Of a stretch of 64,000 nt of DNA, positions 1 through 14,123 are shown piece by piece. A model generated the notes under the pieces. That model was given only the letters and a program-made list of their open reading frames with translations. It searched no databases and was not told where the DNA came from. The stretch lies in NCBI GenBank assembly GCA_951406725.2, contig OX597815.1:9796001-9860000 (forward strand), in the 5' to 3' direction. Every line of letters begins with the position of its first letter. Position 1 is the stretch's first letter. The DNA is from Octopus vulgaris. Its lineage: Eukaryota. The translations under genes and the position numbers were made by a program.

Positions 1-1019
1 TTCAGCATTTTTTCTGGTTTTGCCGAGCAGCAGTTTATACTTTTATTTCATGTAATTATATCTTAACACAACACACAAGTGGCTCGTTCCACAGCACTAA
101 AATTAGGTACCACAAGATAATAAAAATTCCTAATTTGCCACAGACCAGGAATGGACAACATCACCAAAAAATAATTACTCTTTTACTTGTTTCAGTCATT
201 TGACTGCAGCCATGCTGGAGCACTGCCTTTAATCAAGCAACTCGAGCCTGGGACTTATTCTTTTGTAAGCCCAGTACTTATTCTAACGGTCTCTTTTTTG
301 CCGAACCGCTAAGTAACGGAGACATAAACACACCAGCATCGGTTGTCAAGCAATGCTAGGGGAACAAACACAGACAAACAAACACACACGCGCGTATATA
401 TATATATACATATATACAACGGGCTTCTTTCAGTTTCCGTCTACCAAATCCATGCACAAGGCTTTGGTCGGCCCGAGGCTATAGTAGAAGACGCTTGCCC
501 AAGGTGCCACACAGTGGGACTGATCCCAGGAACCATGTGGTTGGTAAACAAGCTACTTACCACACAGCCACTCCTCATCGGGCAAGCCATTCGGAAAGGT
601 CATATGTGGCCTGTGGACCACAGGTTGCCACAAGTGTCACAGACACTGTATTGAATTTTTATTTACCCAACCCTTCTTCTGCAGGAACCACGACCTAAAC
701 TTATTGGTCTCCTCCCTGCTCTTGCTTTCTTGTTCACCCACTGACTAACAACAGTTTAGAATTTAACATTAATCATCCAACACAGTCTCTAGTAATCTTT
801 AGACAACAGACTTAGCAGTAAAGAAGAGGGTTTTAAGAAAGCTATGTGCATACGCCTTCTGAGTAAAAGAAACAGATACATATCTACTCATACCAACCAC
901 ATGGTTCCGGGTTCAGTCCCACTGCATGGCACCTTGGGCAAGTGTCTTCTACTTTGGCCCCGGGCCGACCAAAGCCTTGTGAGTGGATTTGGGAGATGGA
1001 AACTGAAAAGAAGCCTGTC

Positions 1020-1056
<37 letters not shown>

Positions 1057-1057
<1 letters not shown>

Positions 1058-1561
1058 TAGCAGTATCGTCCGGCGTTGCTCAGGTTTGTAAGGGAAATAA
1101 CTATATAAGCATTTTTAGAGAGTTACTTCCCTTATAAATTCGGGCTTTCTTAGCCATTTTTGTTTTGGTGTCTTCAAGCCATGAAGTCGTTGTTCTAAAA
1201 GAACGCTGGTTTCCTTCACAACGCATTACAACGTTGATTTCTTTACACTCCCTTCCCCACAGCTTCACGAGGGAGGGAAGGGGAGAAGCAAACAGGTGCA
1301 GCTGTGAGCGTGGACGCCAACTCCGCCGCCATCGACATACGATGCATTTTATGCATTAAAATGGAATAAAAAATGATGTTAAATTATTTTTAAAATCGTA
1401 GACTCATCGTTGACGTGCGCTAATAGCCAGACGGGCTCGATATGAATCACGACTATAAGATACCCAGTTTTGGTTAAACTGCACCGCAAAATGTGGGAGG
1501 AGTTAGGAATCTAAATCGAAGGGGACAGACACTCACACAACTAGAGTTTTATATATATAGA
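1057..1561 (-). mobile_element. Non-autonomous Helitron inserted in the (TA)n of a SINE
   Basis: Minus strand starts A|TCTATATATATAAA and ends ...GAGCAACGCCGGACGATACTGCTAG|T: TC start, subterminal GC-rich motif, CTAG end, AT target, no TSD. Confidence 0.8.
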
Positions 1562-2269
1562 TGTATGTGTGTGTCTGTCTTTGTCCCCCTAGCATTGCTT
1601 GACGACCGTTGACGTGCGCTAATAGTCAGACGGGCTCGATATGAATCACGACTATAAGATACCCGAATTAGGTTAAACTGCACCGCAAAATGTGGGAGGA
1701 GTTAGGAATCTAAATCGAAGGGGACAGACACTCACACAACTAGAGTTTTATATATATAGATGTATGTGTGTGTCTGTCTTTGTCCCCCTAGCATTGCTTG
1801 ACAACCGATGCTGGTGTGTTTATGTCCCCGTTACTCAGCGGTTCGGCAAAAGAGACCGATAGAATAAGTATTGGGCTTACAAAGAATAAGTCCCGGGGTT
1901 GAGTTGCTCGACTAAAGGCGGTGCTCCAGCATGGCCGCAATCAAACGACTGAAACAAGTAAAAGAATAAAAGAAACAACAGACTTAGCAGTAAAGAAGAG
2001 GGGTTTAAGAAAGCTATGTGCATAAACCTTCTGAGTAAAAGAAACAGATACATATCTACTCATATCTACTTGTGGAGGCGCAATGGCCTAGTGGTTAGGG
2101 CAGCGGACTTGCGGTCGGAGGATCGCGGTTTCGATTCCCAGACCGGGCGTTGTGTGTGTTTACTGAGCGAAAACACCTAAAAGCTCCACGAGGCTCCGGC
2201 AGGAGGTGGTGATCCCTGCTGTACTCAAAAGGCGGTGCTCCAGCATGGCCGCAGTCAAATGACTTAAAC

Positions 2270-2301
<32 letters not shown>

Positions 2302-2310
2302 TAACCATGT

Positions 2311-2352
<42 letters not shown>

Positions 2353-3244
2353 TCTTTTACTCTCTTCTCGTTTAGTTGTTTCAGTCATTTGACTGCGGCC
2401 ATGCTGGAGCACCGCCTTTAGTCGAGCAAATCGATCCCGGAACTTATTCTTTTTGTAAGCCCAGTACTTATTCTATCGGTCTCCTTTTGCCGAACCGCTA
2501 AGTGACAGGGACGTAAACACACCAGCATCGGTTGCCAAGCAATGCTAGAGGGACAAACACAGACACACAAACATACACACACACATACATACATACATAT
2601 ATATATATACATATATACGACAGGCTTCTTTCAGTTTCCGTCTACCAAATCCACTCACAAGGCTTTGGTCGGCCCGAGGCTATAGCAGAAGACACTTTCC
2701 CAAGATGCCACGCAGTGGGACTGAACCCAGAACCATGTGGTTGGTAGGCAAGCTACTTACCACACAGCCACTCCTGCACCTTATATATAAATTATATACA
2801 TACAAAAACACACATATACACACATAATTGTATGAAGCAGTGACAGATAGATATGTCAATAGCTGACTTAGTCGTTATAAAATATTCGCAAATATTTGAA
2901 TGCTATGAAAAAAGGAGGGAGAAACTGAGAGACAAATAGAGAGAGAGAGAGACAAATAGATAGATAGATAGACAGAGAGAGAGAGAGAGAGAAACAGAGA
3001 CAGACAGACACTCCTGTAAGACACATAATCACATACCTCTGGTGTAGTGGACTGTGTTGTTGGATCTGTTTGGGGGTGTGTGTGATACAATGGGTTGTAT
3101 GTGTGTGTGTCGTGTATATCTGTAGGTGTGTTTGTGCCTTTTTACTGTATATTAATGTGTGTGCACGAGAGTGTTAATTTGTGTTGTACAAGTCAGGCTG
3201 TTACATATTCAATGTAGAAAACTGACCAGGGTAAACAGGATTTA

Positions 3245-3890
<646 letters not shown>

Positions 3891-3954
3891 CAGTGTCTAT
3901 CTGTGTGTGTGTAGATGTGTCTGTCTATTGTACTGAGAATATATAGGTGTTTGC

Positions 3955-3986
<32 letters not shown>

Positions 3987-4454
3987 ATAAGTCAGCAGCT
4001 GGAGTATGCCTGTATGTATGTGCTTATGTATGTAGATGTAGGTATATATATAAGTGTGCATATACGTACACACACACACACACACGCACGCACACATACA
4101 CACACACATATATATATCTATATTTGTGCATGCATTGTGTCAGAAGATAAGATCAAAGCAATGTTTTCTTCAATAAATCAACTGTTCTGCTGTGGTAGTG
4201 TTGTGGTTAACAAACTGTTGACGTATTATGAAAGACACAAAGGTAAAGGTTCCAAGTTCAACCTCAGCCTAAGGAAATGAAGGTATGCATGTGTGTATTT
4301 ATGCCTGAATGAAAAAGAAGCGGTTAGAGCATCGGGCTCACAATCATGATGTGGTGAGTTCGATTCCTAGATCGGGCTGTGTGTTGTGTTCTTGAGCAAG
4401 ACACTTTATTTCACGTTGCTCTTGTTCCCTCAGCTGTAGAAATGAGTTGCAATA

Positions 4455-5027
4455 AGGCAGCGAGCTGGCAGAAACGTTAGCACCCTGGGCGAAATGCTTC
4501 GCGGTATTTCGTCTGCCGTTACGTTCTGAGTTCAAATTCCGCTGAGGTCGACTTTGCCTTTCATCCTTTCGGGGTCGATTAACTAAGTACCAGTTACGCA
4601 CTGGGGTCGATGTAATCGACTTAATCCGTTTGTCCATCCTTGTTTGTCCCCTCTGTGTGTAGCCCCTTGTGGGTAGTAAAGAAATAGGTATTTCATCTGT
4701 CTTTACATTCTGAGTTCAAATTCCACCGAGGCCGACTTTGCCTTTCATCCTTTCGGGGTCGATTAAATAAGTACCAGTTACGCACTGGGGTCGATGTAAT
4801 CGACTTAATCCGTTTGTCTGTCCTTGTTTGTCCCCTCTGTGTGTAGCCCCTTGTGGATAGTAAAGAAATAGGTATTTCGTCTGTCTTTACGTTCAGAGTT
4901 CAAATTCCACCGAGGTCGACTTTGCCTTTCATCCTTTCGGGGTCGATAAATTAAGTACCAGTTATGCACTGGGGTTGATATAATCGACTTAATCCCTTTG
5001 TCTGTTCTTGTGGGCAGTAAAGAAATA
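4455..5027 (+). mobile_element. tRNA-derived SINE family 2 with three tandem body units and a 16-bp TSD
   Basis: Head gagctggcagaaacgttagc, B box gagttcaaattcc, and a gtcgactttgcctttcatcctttcggggtcgat..aagtacc domain resembling the conserved central domain of Meta-type SINEs (from memory, unverified). TSD agaaat(g/a)agttgcaat at 4438-4453 / 5028-5043. Other copies: 12456-13011, 25697-25927, 29926-30500(-), 36924-37339, 40114-40531, 46290-46441(-), 57203-57413. Confidence 0.85.
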
Positions 5028-6353
5028 AGAAATAAGTTGCAATGTCACTGGTGCCAAGCTGTATTGGCCCTTGCCTTTCCCTTGGATAACACTGGGAGTG
5101 TAGAAAGGCAGGGTCAGGTATGTATGTTCAACTGTTGGTTTCCATAAGCAAGGGAACCTTTAGATGCAATCCCATGGTAAGTCATGACCAAACAGGGTTT
5201 TACCCTTTATGATGCCCTAAGAATAAACCTCAAGCATCATATTTTAAAAACTTCTAGTCTGCACATACAGGATTTTAGAGTTCATGTCTCTGAAGTAGAG
5301 ATTACAATAGGGAGAATAAAGGTAGAGTGCAGACTAATTTTGTGGCACTGGTAATGTCTCACCTGTCCCAGACTGTATTTCTTAGTCTTCTAAATGTAAC
5401 CTGTTCTTTTTCACATCCTCTGATCCATCTGTGAAATAAATTCTATCATCTTCTAATTCAGAGTCATCCATTGTAATCAAGATCTTGTACGAATGATTCG
5501 GTGATGGGACCACAACATGGTATCTAGATATGACAGAAAAAGTAGCTATCTCTCCCTCAAAACATCCCACTCTCTTCAGTATGACTTGGTAGCCTATAAT
5601 ATTTTTGCTAAATTGTTTTAGGTACCGAAGTGGTTTTGAGCAGACACACACCCTTGGTTTATTAAACATTGAGAATGTGACAGCTAGAGGAGAGTGATCT
5701 GCACCAGCACTGGAGTTCCCTTTCATATAGTTCCTCAAAAGGATAAAAGGCAAAGATGACCTTGGCTGGATTTGAACTCAGAAACCACAGGGCTGGAACA
5801 AATATCTCAACAGATTCTACCCAACACTACCAAAAACTATGCCAAGCAACTACTCCTCCACCACTCACACACATACAGATATATATACACACACTCTAAC
5901 AGTAAAGTATGTTTTGAGGTAGATGTAGTTGCTATTTCTAGCAGGTCACTTTTTTTAACAACTCTTAAAATGAAAGCTGTCCATTCATGTTTACCTATGT
6001 CTACTCATAAAGATGTTATGTAAAATAGCATTCACGGCGGTGGTGCCCCAGCATGGCCGCAGCCTTCGGGCTGGAACATTTTTATGGATTTAAGGATTTA
6101 TAATGTAAATGAAATCCAACACCACGTTGGATTTCATAGCTTAACCCCAGGTCAGTCCCATACTGGTTGACCCAAGATCAAAAGCATTCCAGCCATGGCC
6201 ATCATCTTTTTTTGCTTTTTCCTCTGCAGACACAATGTGCTTAAAACTACACAGTCATGGTTCTTTCTTTCCATTTTCAAGATGGTAAAGTAATGAGTTG
6301 AAGGAGACTAGGCTGCCACTTTTAGTATGTCAAGTAACCATATAATTAGTTGA

Positions 6354-6576
6354 TTAACCCTTTCGTTACCAACCCGGCTGAATCTGGCTCTGTCGTACAA
6401 ATATCTTGTTTCCATAAGTTCTGAATTAAAATCTTCCACTAAATCTTAGTCATAATTTATGTTCCTAACACTAGCTTGATGGTAACTAAGTTATTTTACT
6501 AAATTCTTTGTTATATTTAAAAGAATTGAAAGAAACACAGAGCATCTCAACAGAAATACAGTAATGAAAGGGTTAA
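6354..6576. mobile_element. Solo piggyBac-type MITE
   Basis: TTAA-CCCTTTCGTTAC ... GTAATGAAAGGG-TTAA: TTAA target duplication and CCC-starting TIRs. Confidence 0.8.
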
Positions 6577-6949
6577 GACAGAGGGACATGGCCTAATGCT
6601 TTATAGTGTTCACTCTGCCTCGCTGCACAAGGTCATCTACCTTATACCTTTTCAATGATAAAAGTACTATTCTCGTGTTAGGGTGTCAAGGCTTCTTTCC
6701 TTCACACCGTGTTGTACTTTCGTTCTATATTGTACATGCAATTTAAAACTACAGCCTTGTTACTGATTTACACTGATTTAGCCTCAGAATTACATCAGAG
6801 GTGCATGTCTCTGCAGAATAATCAACTACAGACATGTTAATTTGAATTCAGGGAATTCTGTTGATCAAACAACTGAAAGCTCATCAACGAAGACCGATGG
6901 TGGGGTGGGGGAAAGTACATCACCACAATGCAGGTGTACATACGCACAT

Positions 6950-7210
6950 ATAGAGATATACAAACACACACTCACACATGTACACACATACATTTTTGGC
7001 ATACATACAGACATATATATATACACACATACACATATGTATACATGCACATACATACACACATATATATACACACATACACATATGTATACATGCACAT
7101 ACATACACACACACATATATATATAGACATGCATACATACATATATACACACATACATAGACATGCATACATATATACACACACATACATATATATATAT
7201 ATACACACAT

Positions 7211-7241
<31 letters not shown>

Positions 7242-7520
7242 CATACACACATACACATATATATATATACACATACATACATACAAATACGCACAAATAC
7301 ATATACATACACACATATATATATACACACATACATATATACACATACATATATATATATATATATATGTATGTATATAGATATATACATACATACATAC
7401 ATATAAATACATACAGGTGGAGAAGAAGAAGAAGAAGAAGAAGAAGAAGAAGAAGAAGAAGAAGAAGAAGAAGAAGAAGAAGAAGAAGAAGAAGATAAGA
7501 ACAAGAACAAGAAGAAGAAG
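6950..7520. repeat. TA/CA compound microsatellite followed by (GAA)n
   Basis: Direct reading. Confidence 0.9.
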
Positions 7521-7628
7521 ACGTAAAAATTATGTAGCAACACCAAATGGCGGTGCCCCAGCATTTTTAATTCAATTTATTTTGTACATACATATATATG
7601 CACATACACACACACACACACACACACA

Positions 7629-7675
<47 letters not shown>

Positions 7676-7989
7676 CCTGGCATTGGAACATGGCCAATGC
7701 TAGCACAGCCTTGACTGGCTTCCGTGCTGGTGGCAAGTAAAAAGTACCAATTGTGGCATTGCCAGCCTCCACTCGCCCCTGTGCCAGTGGCACGTAAAAA
7801 GCACCCACTACACTCACGAAGTGGTTGGCATTAGGAAGGGCATCCAGCTGTAGAAACACTGCCAGATCAGACTGGGGCCTGGTGCAGCCTCCTGGCTTCC
7901 CAGACCCCGGTAGAAACATCCAACCCATGCTAGCATGGAAAACGGACGTTAAACGATGATGATGATACACATCTACACATACATACATT

Positions 7990-8023
<34 letters not shown>

Positions 8024-8214
8024 TTCACTAATATATATATATACAGTTGAGTTCCTTTTGAGTGTTGAGCCTCATGAAGGCATTGACTGAGACCTTTGTA
8101 AATATCCAGGGATAAATGCAAACATACTAAAAGTACTATGAAGGCTATAACCAAACATGTATTTACATAGGATTGTAGCTAAGGACTTAAGGACTAACAT
8201 CTACACTACCAGAA

Positions 8215-8744
8215 AGTTGAACGAAGAAAGTTTGTGAAGAACCCATTGACCCAATTTGCTAACTTTTCCGATGGCACGCAGGTGATGAAGAATGGTTAAA
8301 TGACCAAATCCAAGCTCCTCTGATAGTTCCTCAACAGTTATGATAGGATTTTGTTCCACCAGAGTTTGCAAGACATCCTCATTGACCTCTACAGATCTTT
8401 TAGGATGTGTCTTGTCATCTATGTTGCAGTTTCCAGCTCAGAATTTCTGAAGCCACTGGCTTACGCTTATTTTCCAATCCCCATATACTGCATTAATATT
8501 CCTCGCACTTTCCGTTGCATTGTTGTCTTTATTGAACTCATAAAGTCAAAATATGCTGTCTCTTCCATAACAGCTTTCTAAAAATAACTGTTGGAATTGA
8601 ACTGCACTCTTCAAAACTTGCACTAAGAATAAGTACAAGGTAAAATTACTACCTACTTTTATAGTAAGTTGATGCAGGTAGTTTATCCCTCCGACTTTTA
8701 GTTCATGCAATTGAAAAAACCGTATTATTTATGGGATGACCCAA
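8215..8744 (-). mobile_element. 5' fragment of the same mariner family as 62742
   Basis: Reverse complement matches the TIR, 5' UTR and transposase N-terminus of 62742-63295 (ttatgggatgacccaa; gcactcttcaaaa; cccattgacccaatttg). Confidence 0.85.
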
Positions 8745-9754
8745 AATAAACATACATATATATACACATACATGTATACATACATGCACATACATATACA
8801 CATTCAAACACAGATTCATATATTATATATACATACATACATGCATACACACATACATACATACGTACATACATACATTCATACGTACATATATATACAC
8901 ACATACATACATATATACACACATACATACATACATACATACATACATACATGCATGCATACATACATACATACATACGTACATACATACATTCATACAT
9001 ACATATATATACACATACATACATATATACACACATATATACATACATACATACATACATACATACATACATACATACATACATACATACATACATACAT
9101 TACATACATCTATGTACTGAAGAACTGGTATTTCAAATGAGATGGCAAAACAGTCAAGCAATGCTCAGAGTTCCATGTAAATCCAAATTCCAATGAGGAT
9201 TGTCCTCAGATTTTCTTTCTGTATTATATACATTTGAATAATTCACAGAGTTTCTTTCTAAACCAGAGTAAAACAAGAGATTTTGTTTGTCTTTTCATTC
9301 TACTATGACACATACAAACACACACGTATATATATACACAAGAGTTATATATACAAACATACACACACACACACTAACGCACACACATGTCTGCCTTTTT
9401 ATTACAACATTGACTGATTTGAGAATTGGTTATTATATATAAAAAAATAGGTTACGTTAACTGTTGACAAAAATCTAGGTTAACTCTACACAGCCATTCA
9501 CTCCTTCACAGGTCACTTACTCACTCTCCCACTCAGCTGCTACCTCACTCCTTACTCAGTCTCACAAATGTTTTAACCGCCTAATTTAAAGCAGAAAGTC
9601 TGGTTACAGTGGTTTTTGATTTCATTTGAGGACATTAACCTCACGTCATAATTTGAGTGATCGCTTCTAGATACCTCTAAGTGGAGACTGCATGAAAGGA
9701 ATGCGCAACATGTTGTTTCTGGCTGAAGTGCATGCGTCTGTGAAGGCTTAGTGG

Positions 9755-12266
9755 TTAACCCTTTCATTACCAACCCGGCTGAAACCAGCTCTGGGTCTGT
9801 AGTACAAATGTCTTGTTTTCATAAGTTTTGAATTAAAATCTTCCACCAAACCTTAGTCACAATTTATGTTCCTAACACTAGCTTTAATGATAACCAAGTT
9901 ATTTTACTAAATTCTTTGTTATATTTAAAATTAATTGAAAGAAACACAGAACATCTCAACAGATATATGGTAATGAAAGGGTTAAAATATATAACAGATA
10001 AACAATTCTTAACCCTTCCATTACCAGCCGTGCTGAAACTGGCTTTGGCTCTGAATACAAATGTCTTGTTTTTCATCAGTTTTGAATTAAAATCTTCCAC
10101 CAAACCTTAGTCACAATTTATGTTCCTAACACTAGCTTTAATGATAACCAAGTTATTTTACTAAATTCTTTGTTATATTTAAAATTAATTGAAAGAAACA
10201 CAGAACATCTCAACAGATATATGGTAATGAAAGGGTTAAAATATATAACAGATAAACAATTCTTAACCCTTCCATTACCAACCCGGCTGAAACCAGCTCT
10301 GGGTCTGTAGTACAAATGTCTTGTTTTCATAAGTTTTGAATTAAAATCTTCCACCAAACCTTAGTCACAATTAATATTCCTAACACTAGCCGAATGATAA
10401 CTAAGTTATTTTACTAAATTCTTTGTTATATTTAAAATAATTGAAAGAAACACAGAACATCTCAACAGATATATTGTAATGAAAGGGTTAAAATATATAA
10501 CAGATAAACAATTCTTAACCCTTCCATTACCAGCCGTGCTGAAACTGGCTTTGGCTCTGTAATACAAATGTCTTGTTTTTCATAAGTTTTGAATTAAAAT
10601 CTTCCACCAAACCTTAGTCACAATTTATATTCCTAACACTAGCTTTAATGATAACCAAGTTATTTTACTAAATTCTTTGTTATATTTAAAATTAATTGAA
10701 AGAAACACAGAACATCTCAACAGATATATGGTAATGAAAGGGTTAAAATATATAACAGATAAACAATTCTTAACCCTTCCATTACCAGCCGTGCTGAAAC
10801 TGGCTTTGGCTCTGTAATACAAATGTCTTGTTTTTCATAAGTTTTGAATTAAAATCTTCCACCAAACCTTAGTCACAATTTATGTTCCTAACACTAGCTT
10901 TAATGATAACCAAGTTATTTTACTAAATTCTTTGTTATATTTAAAATAATTGAAAGAAACACAGAGCATCTCAACAGATATATGGTAAAGAAAGGGTTAA
11001 AATATATAATAGAGAAACAATTCTTAACCCTTTCATTACCAACCCGGCTGAAAACTGGCTTTGGCTCTGTAATACAAATGTCTTGTTTTTCATCAGTTTT
11101 GAATTAAAATCTTCCACCAAACCTTAGTCACAATTTATGTTCCTAACACTAGCTTTAATGATAACCAAGTTATTTTACTAAATTCTTTGTTATATTTAAA
11201 ATAATTGAAAGAAACACAGAGCATCTCAACAGATATACGGTAAAGAAAGGGTTAAAATATATAATAGAGAAACAATTCTTAACCCTTTCATTACCAACCC
11301 GTGCTGAAAACTGGCTTTGGCTCTGTAATACAAATGTCTTGTTTTCATAAGTTTTGAATTAAAATCTTCCACCAAACCTTTGTCCCAATTTATATTCCTA
11401 ACACTAGCTGAATGATAACTAAGTTATTTTATTAAATTCTTTGTTACATCTAAAATAATTGAAAGAAACGCAGAGCATCTCAACAGATATACAGTAACAA
11501 GAGGGTTAAAATATATAATAGAGAAACAATTCTTTATCCTTTTGTTACCAAACCGGCTGAAACCGGCTCTGGCTCTGTAGTACAAAGGTCTTGTTTTCAT
11601 AAGTTTTGAATAAAAATCTTCCACCAAACCTTAGTCACAATTTATATTCCTAACACTAGCTGAATGATAACTAAGTTATTTTATTAAATTCTTTGTTACA
11701 TCTAAAATAATTGAAAGAAACACAGAGCATCTCAACAGATATACGGTAAAGAAAGGGTTAAAATATATAATAGAGAAACAATTCTTAACCCTTTCATTAC
11801 CAACCCGGCTGAAAACTGGCTTTGGCTCTGTAATACAAATGTCTTGTTTTCATAAGTTTTGAATTAAAATCTTCCACCAAACCTTTGTCCCAATTTATAT
11901 TCCTAACACTAGCTGAATGATAACTAAGTTATTTTATTAAATTCTTTGTTACATCTAAAATAATTGAAAGAAACACAGAGCATCTCAACAGATATACAGT
12001 AACAAAGGGTTAAAATATATAATAGAGAAACAATTCTTTATCCTTTCATTACCAAACCCGGCTGAAACCGGCTCTGGCTCTGTAGTACAAAGGTCTTGTT
12101 TTCATAAGTTTTGAATAAAAATCTTCCACCAAACCTTAGTCACAATTTATATTCCTAACACTAGCTGAATGATAACTAAGTTATTTTATTAAATTCTTTG
12201 TTACATCTAAAATAATTGAAAGAAACACAGAGTATCTCAACAGAAATACAGTAATGAAAAGGTTAG
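9755..12266. repeat. Tandem array of 10 piggyBac-type MITEs (period 252-255 bp) with constant spacer
   Basis: Units start at ~9755, 10009, 10263, 10515, 10770, 11024, 11279, 11533, 11785 and 12038. Each is TTAA-CCCTT...AAGGG-TTAA followed by spacer aatatataa(c/t)aga(t/g)aaacaattc; the left TIR is degenerate in units 8 and 10. Confidence 0.9.
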
Positions 12267-14123
12267 GGTATTCAGCTCACAATCGTTGTGAGTTCAAGTG
12301 TGTGGTGTCCTTGAGCAAGACACTTTATTTCACATTGCTCCAGTCCCCTCAGTGGGCAAAAGTGAATAGTACCTGTATTTCGAAGAGCCGGCTTTGTCAC
12401 ACTCTGTGTCATGCTGAATCTCCCTGAGAACTACATTAAAGGTATGCATGTCTGTGGCGAGCTGGCAGAACCGTTAGCACGCCGAGCGAAATGCATAGCT
12501 GTATTTCGTCTGACGTTACATTCTGAGTTCAAATTCCACCGAGGTCGACTTTACCTTTCATCCTTTTGGGGCCGATAAATTAAGTACCAGTTATGCGCTG
12601 GGGTCGATATAATCAACTTAATCCGTTTTGTCTGTCCTTGTTTATCCTCTCTGTGTTTAGCCCCTTGCTGAGTTCAAATTCCACCGAGGTCGACTTTACC
12701 TTTCATCCTTTTGGGGCCGATAAATTAAGTACCAGTTATGCGCTGGGGTTGATATAATCAACTTAATCCGTTTTGTTTGTCCTTGTTTATCCTCTCTGTG
12801 TTTAGCCCCTTGTGGGTAGTAAAGAAATAGGTATTTCGTCTGCCGCTACGTTCTCAGTTCAAATTCCGTCGAGGTCGACTTTGACTTTCATCCTCTCGGG
12901 GTCGATAAATAAAGTACCAGTTTCGCACTGGGGTCGATGTAATCGATTTAATCCGTTTGTCTGTCCTTGTTTATCCTCTCTGTGTTTAGCCCATTGTGGG
13001 TAGTAAAGAAACAGGTATGCATATCTGTGAAGTGCTCAGCCAGTTGCATGTTAATTTCACGAGCAGGTTGTTCTGTTGATCAGATGAATAGGAACCCTTG
13101 TTGCTGGAATTGACCAAGGGCCAGTACGTGTGTCTAGAGAGCTGCATGTCTAAGTGGGCAAAGTGTTGCGGGCCAGAGTGCATGTATAAGCGAGTGGAGT
13201 GTAGTGCGTATAAGTGAGATGTTGTGAGTATAACTGAAATATACTGTATTTGAGAGGTTGTAATTCAATAGAGTTTGAGTGTAGAGTCTAGGGAATAGTG
13301 ATGAGTTATATATGAGGTTAGATGGGGTTTGAAATATAAATGTGTAAGAGAATCATTTATAGTATACTCTTTTGATCTTTTACTTGTTTCAGTCATTTGA
13401 CTGCAGCCATGCTGGAGCACTGCCTTGCAGGGTGTTTTTTAGTTGAACAAATCAACCCCAGGACTTATTCTTTGTAAGCCAAGTACTTATTCTATTGGTC
13501 TCTTTTGCCGAACCACTAAGTTACAGGGACGTAAACACACCAACATCAGTTGTCAAGCAATGGTGGTGGTGGTGGTGGTGGTGGGGGAGACAAACACAGA
13601 CACAAAAACATGTACATATGTGCCGAACCACTCATTGTGGGGGTATAAACAGACCAACATCGGTTATCAAACAATGGTGGGGGTGGGGGGCAAACACAGA
13701 CACACAAAAATATATACACACTCTTTAGTATTTCAAGATATTTTTATGTGATTTTGTAATGTGTAATTATGTAATATGTCTGTTAAAATGAGATGTTAGT
13801 TATTTCCGTAACATTTTTGTGTAATTTAGACAACTGTTTATTCACTGCACCCTGTGTGTGTGTGTGTGTTCGTGCGTGTGTGTGTATGCACGCGTGTCTG
13901 TGTATGTGTGAGTGTGTGTTTGTGTGTGTGTGTGTGTGTGCGTGTGTGCACGCCTTTGCATTTGAGGTGTGTTTGTCCCCCACCACTGCCTGACAACCAG
14001 TGTTTGTTTGTTTATTTACATCCCCATTACTTAGTAGTTTGGCTAAAGAGACCAACACAATACCAAACTTCAAAGGACAATAAGTACTGGGGTTGATTCG
14101 TTTGACTAAATGTTTCAAGGTGA

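Noticed and set aside
2074-2150. tRNA gene
   Set aside because: A/B boxes are present but there is no closed acceptor stem, and it continues into a SINE body shared with 46553-46861.
5363-5428. Possible 66-nt minus-strand exon (cag|...|gtgaga; WIRGCEKEQVTFRRLRNTVWD)
   Set aside because: Splice-like signals and one open frame, but no recognisable homology or partner exons; expected by chance in 64 kb.
9755-12266. CRISPR-like repeat/spacer array
   Set aside because: Spacers are constant, units are ~254 bp with TIRs and TTAA, there are no cas genes, and the context is eukaryotic.
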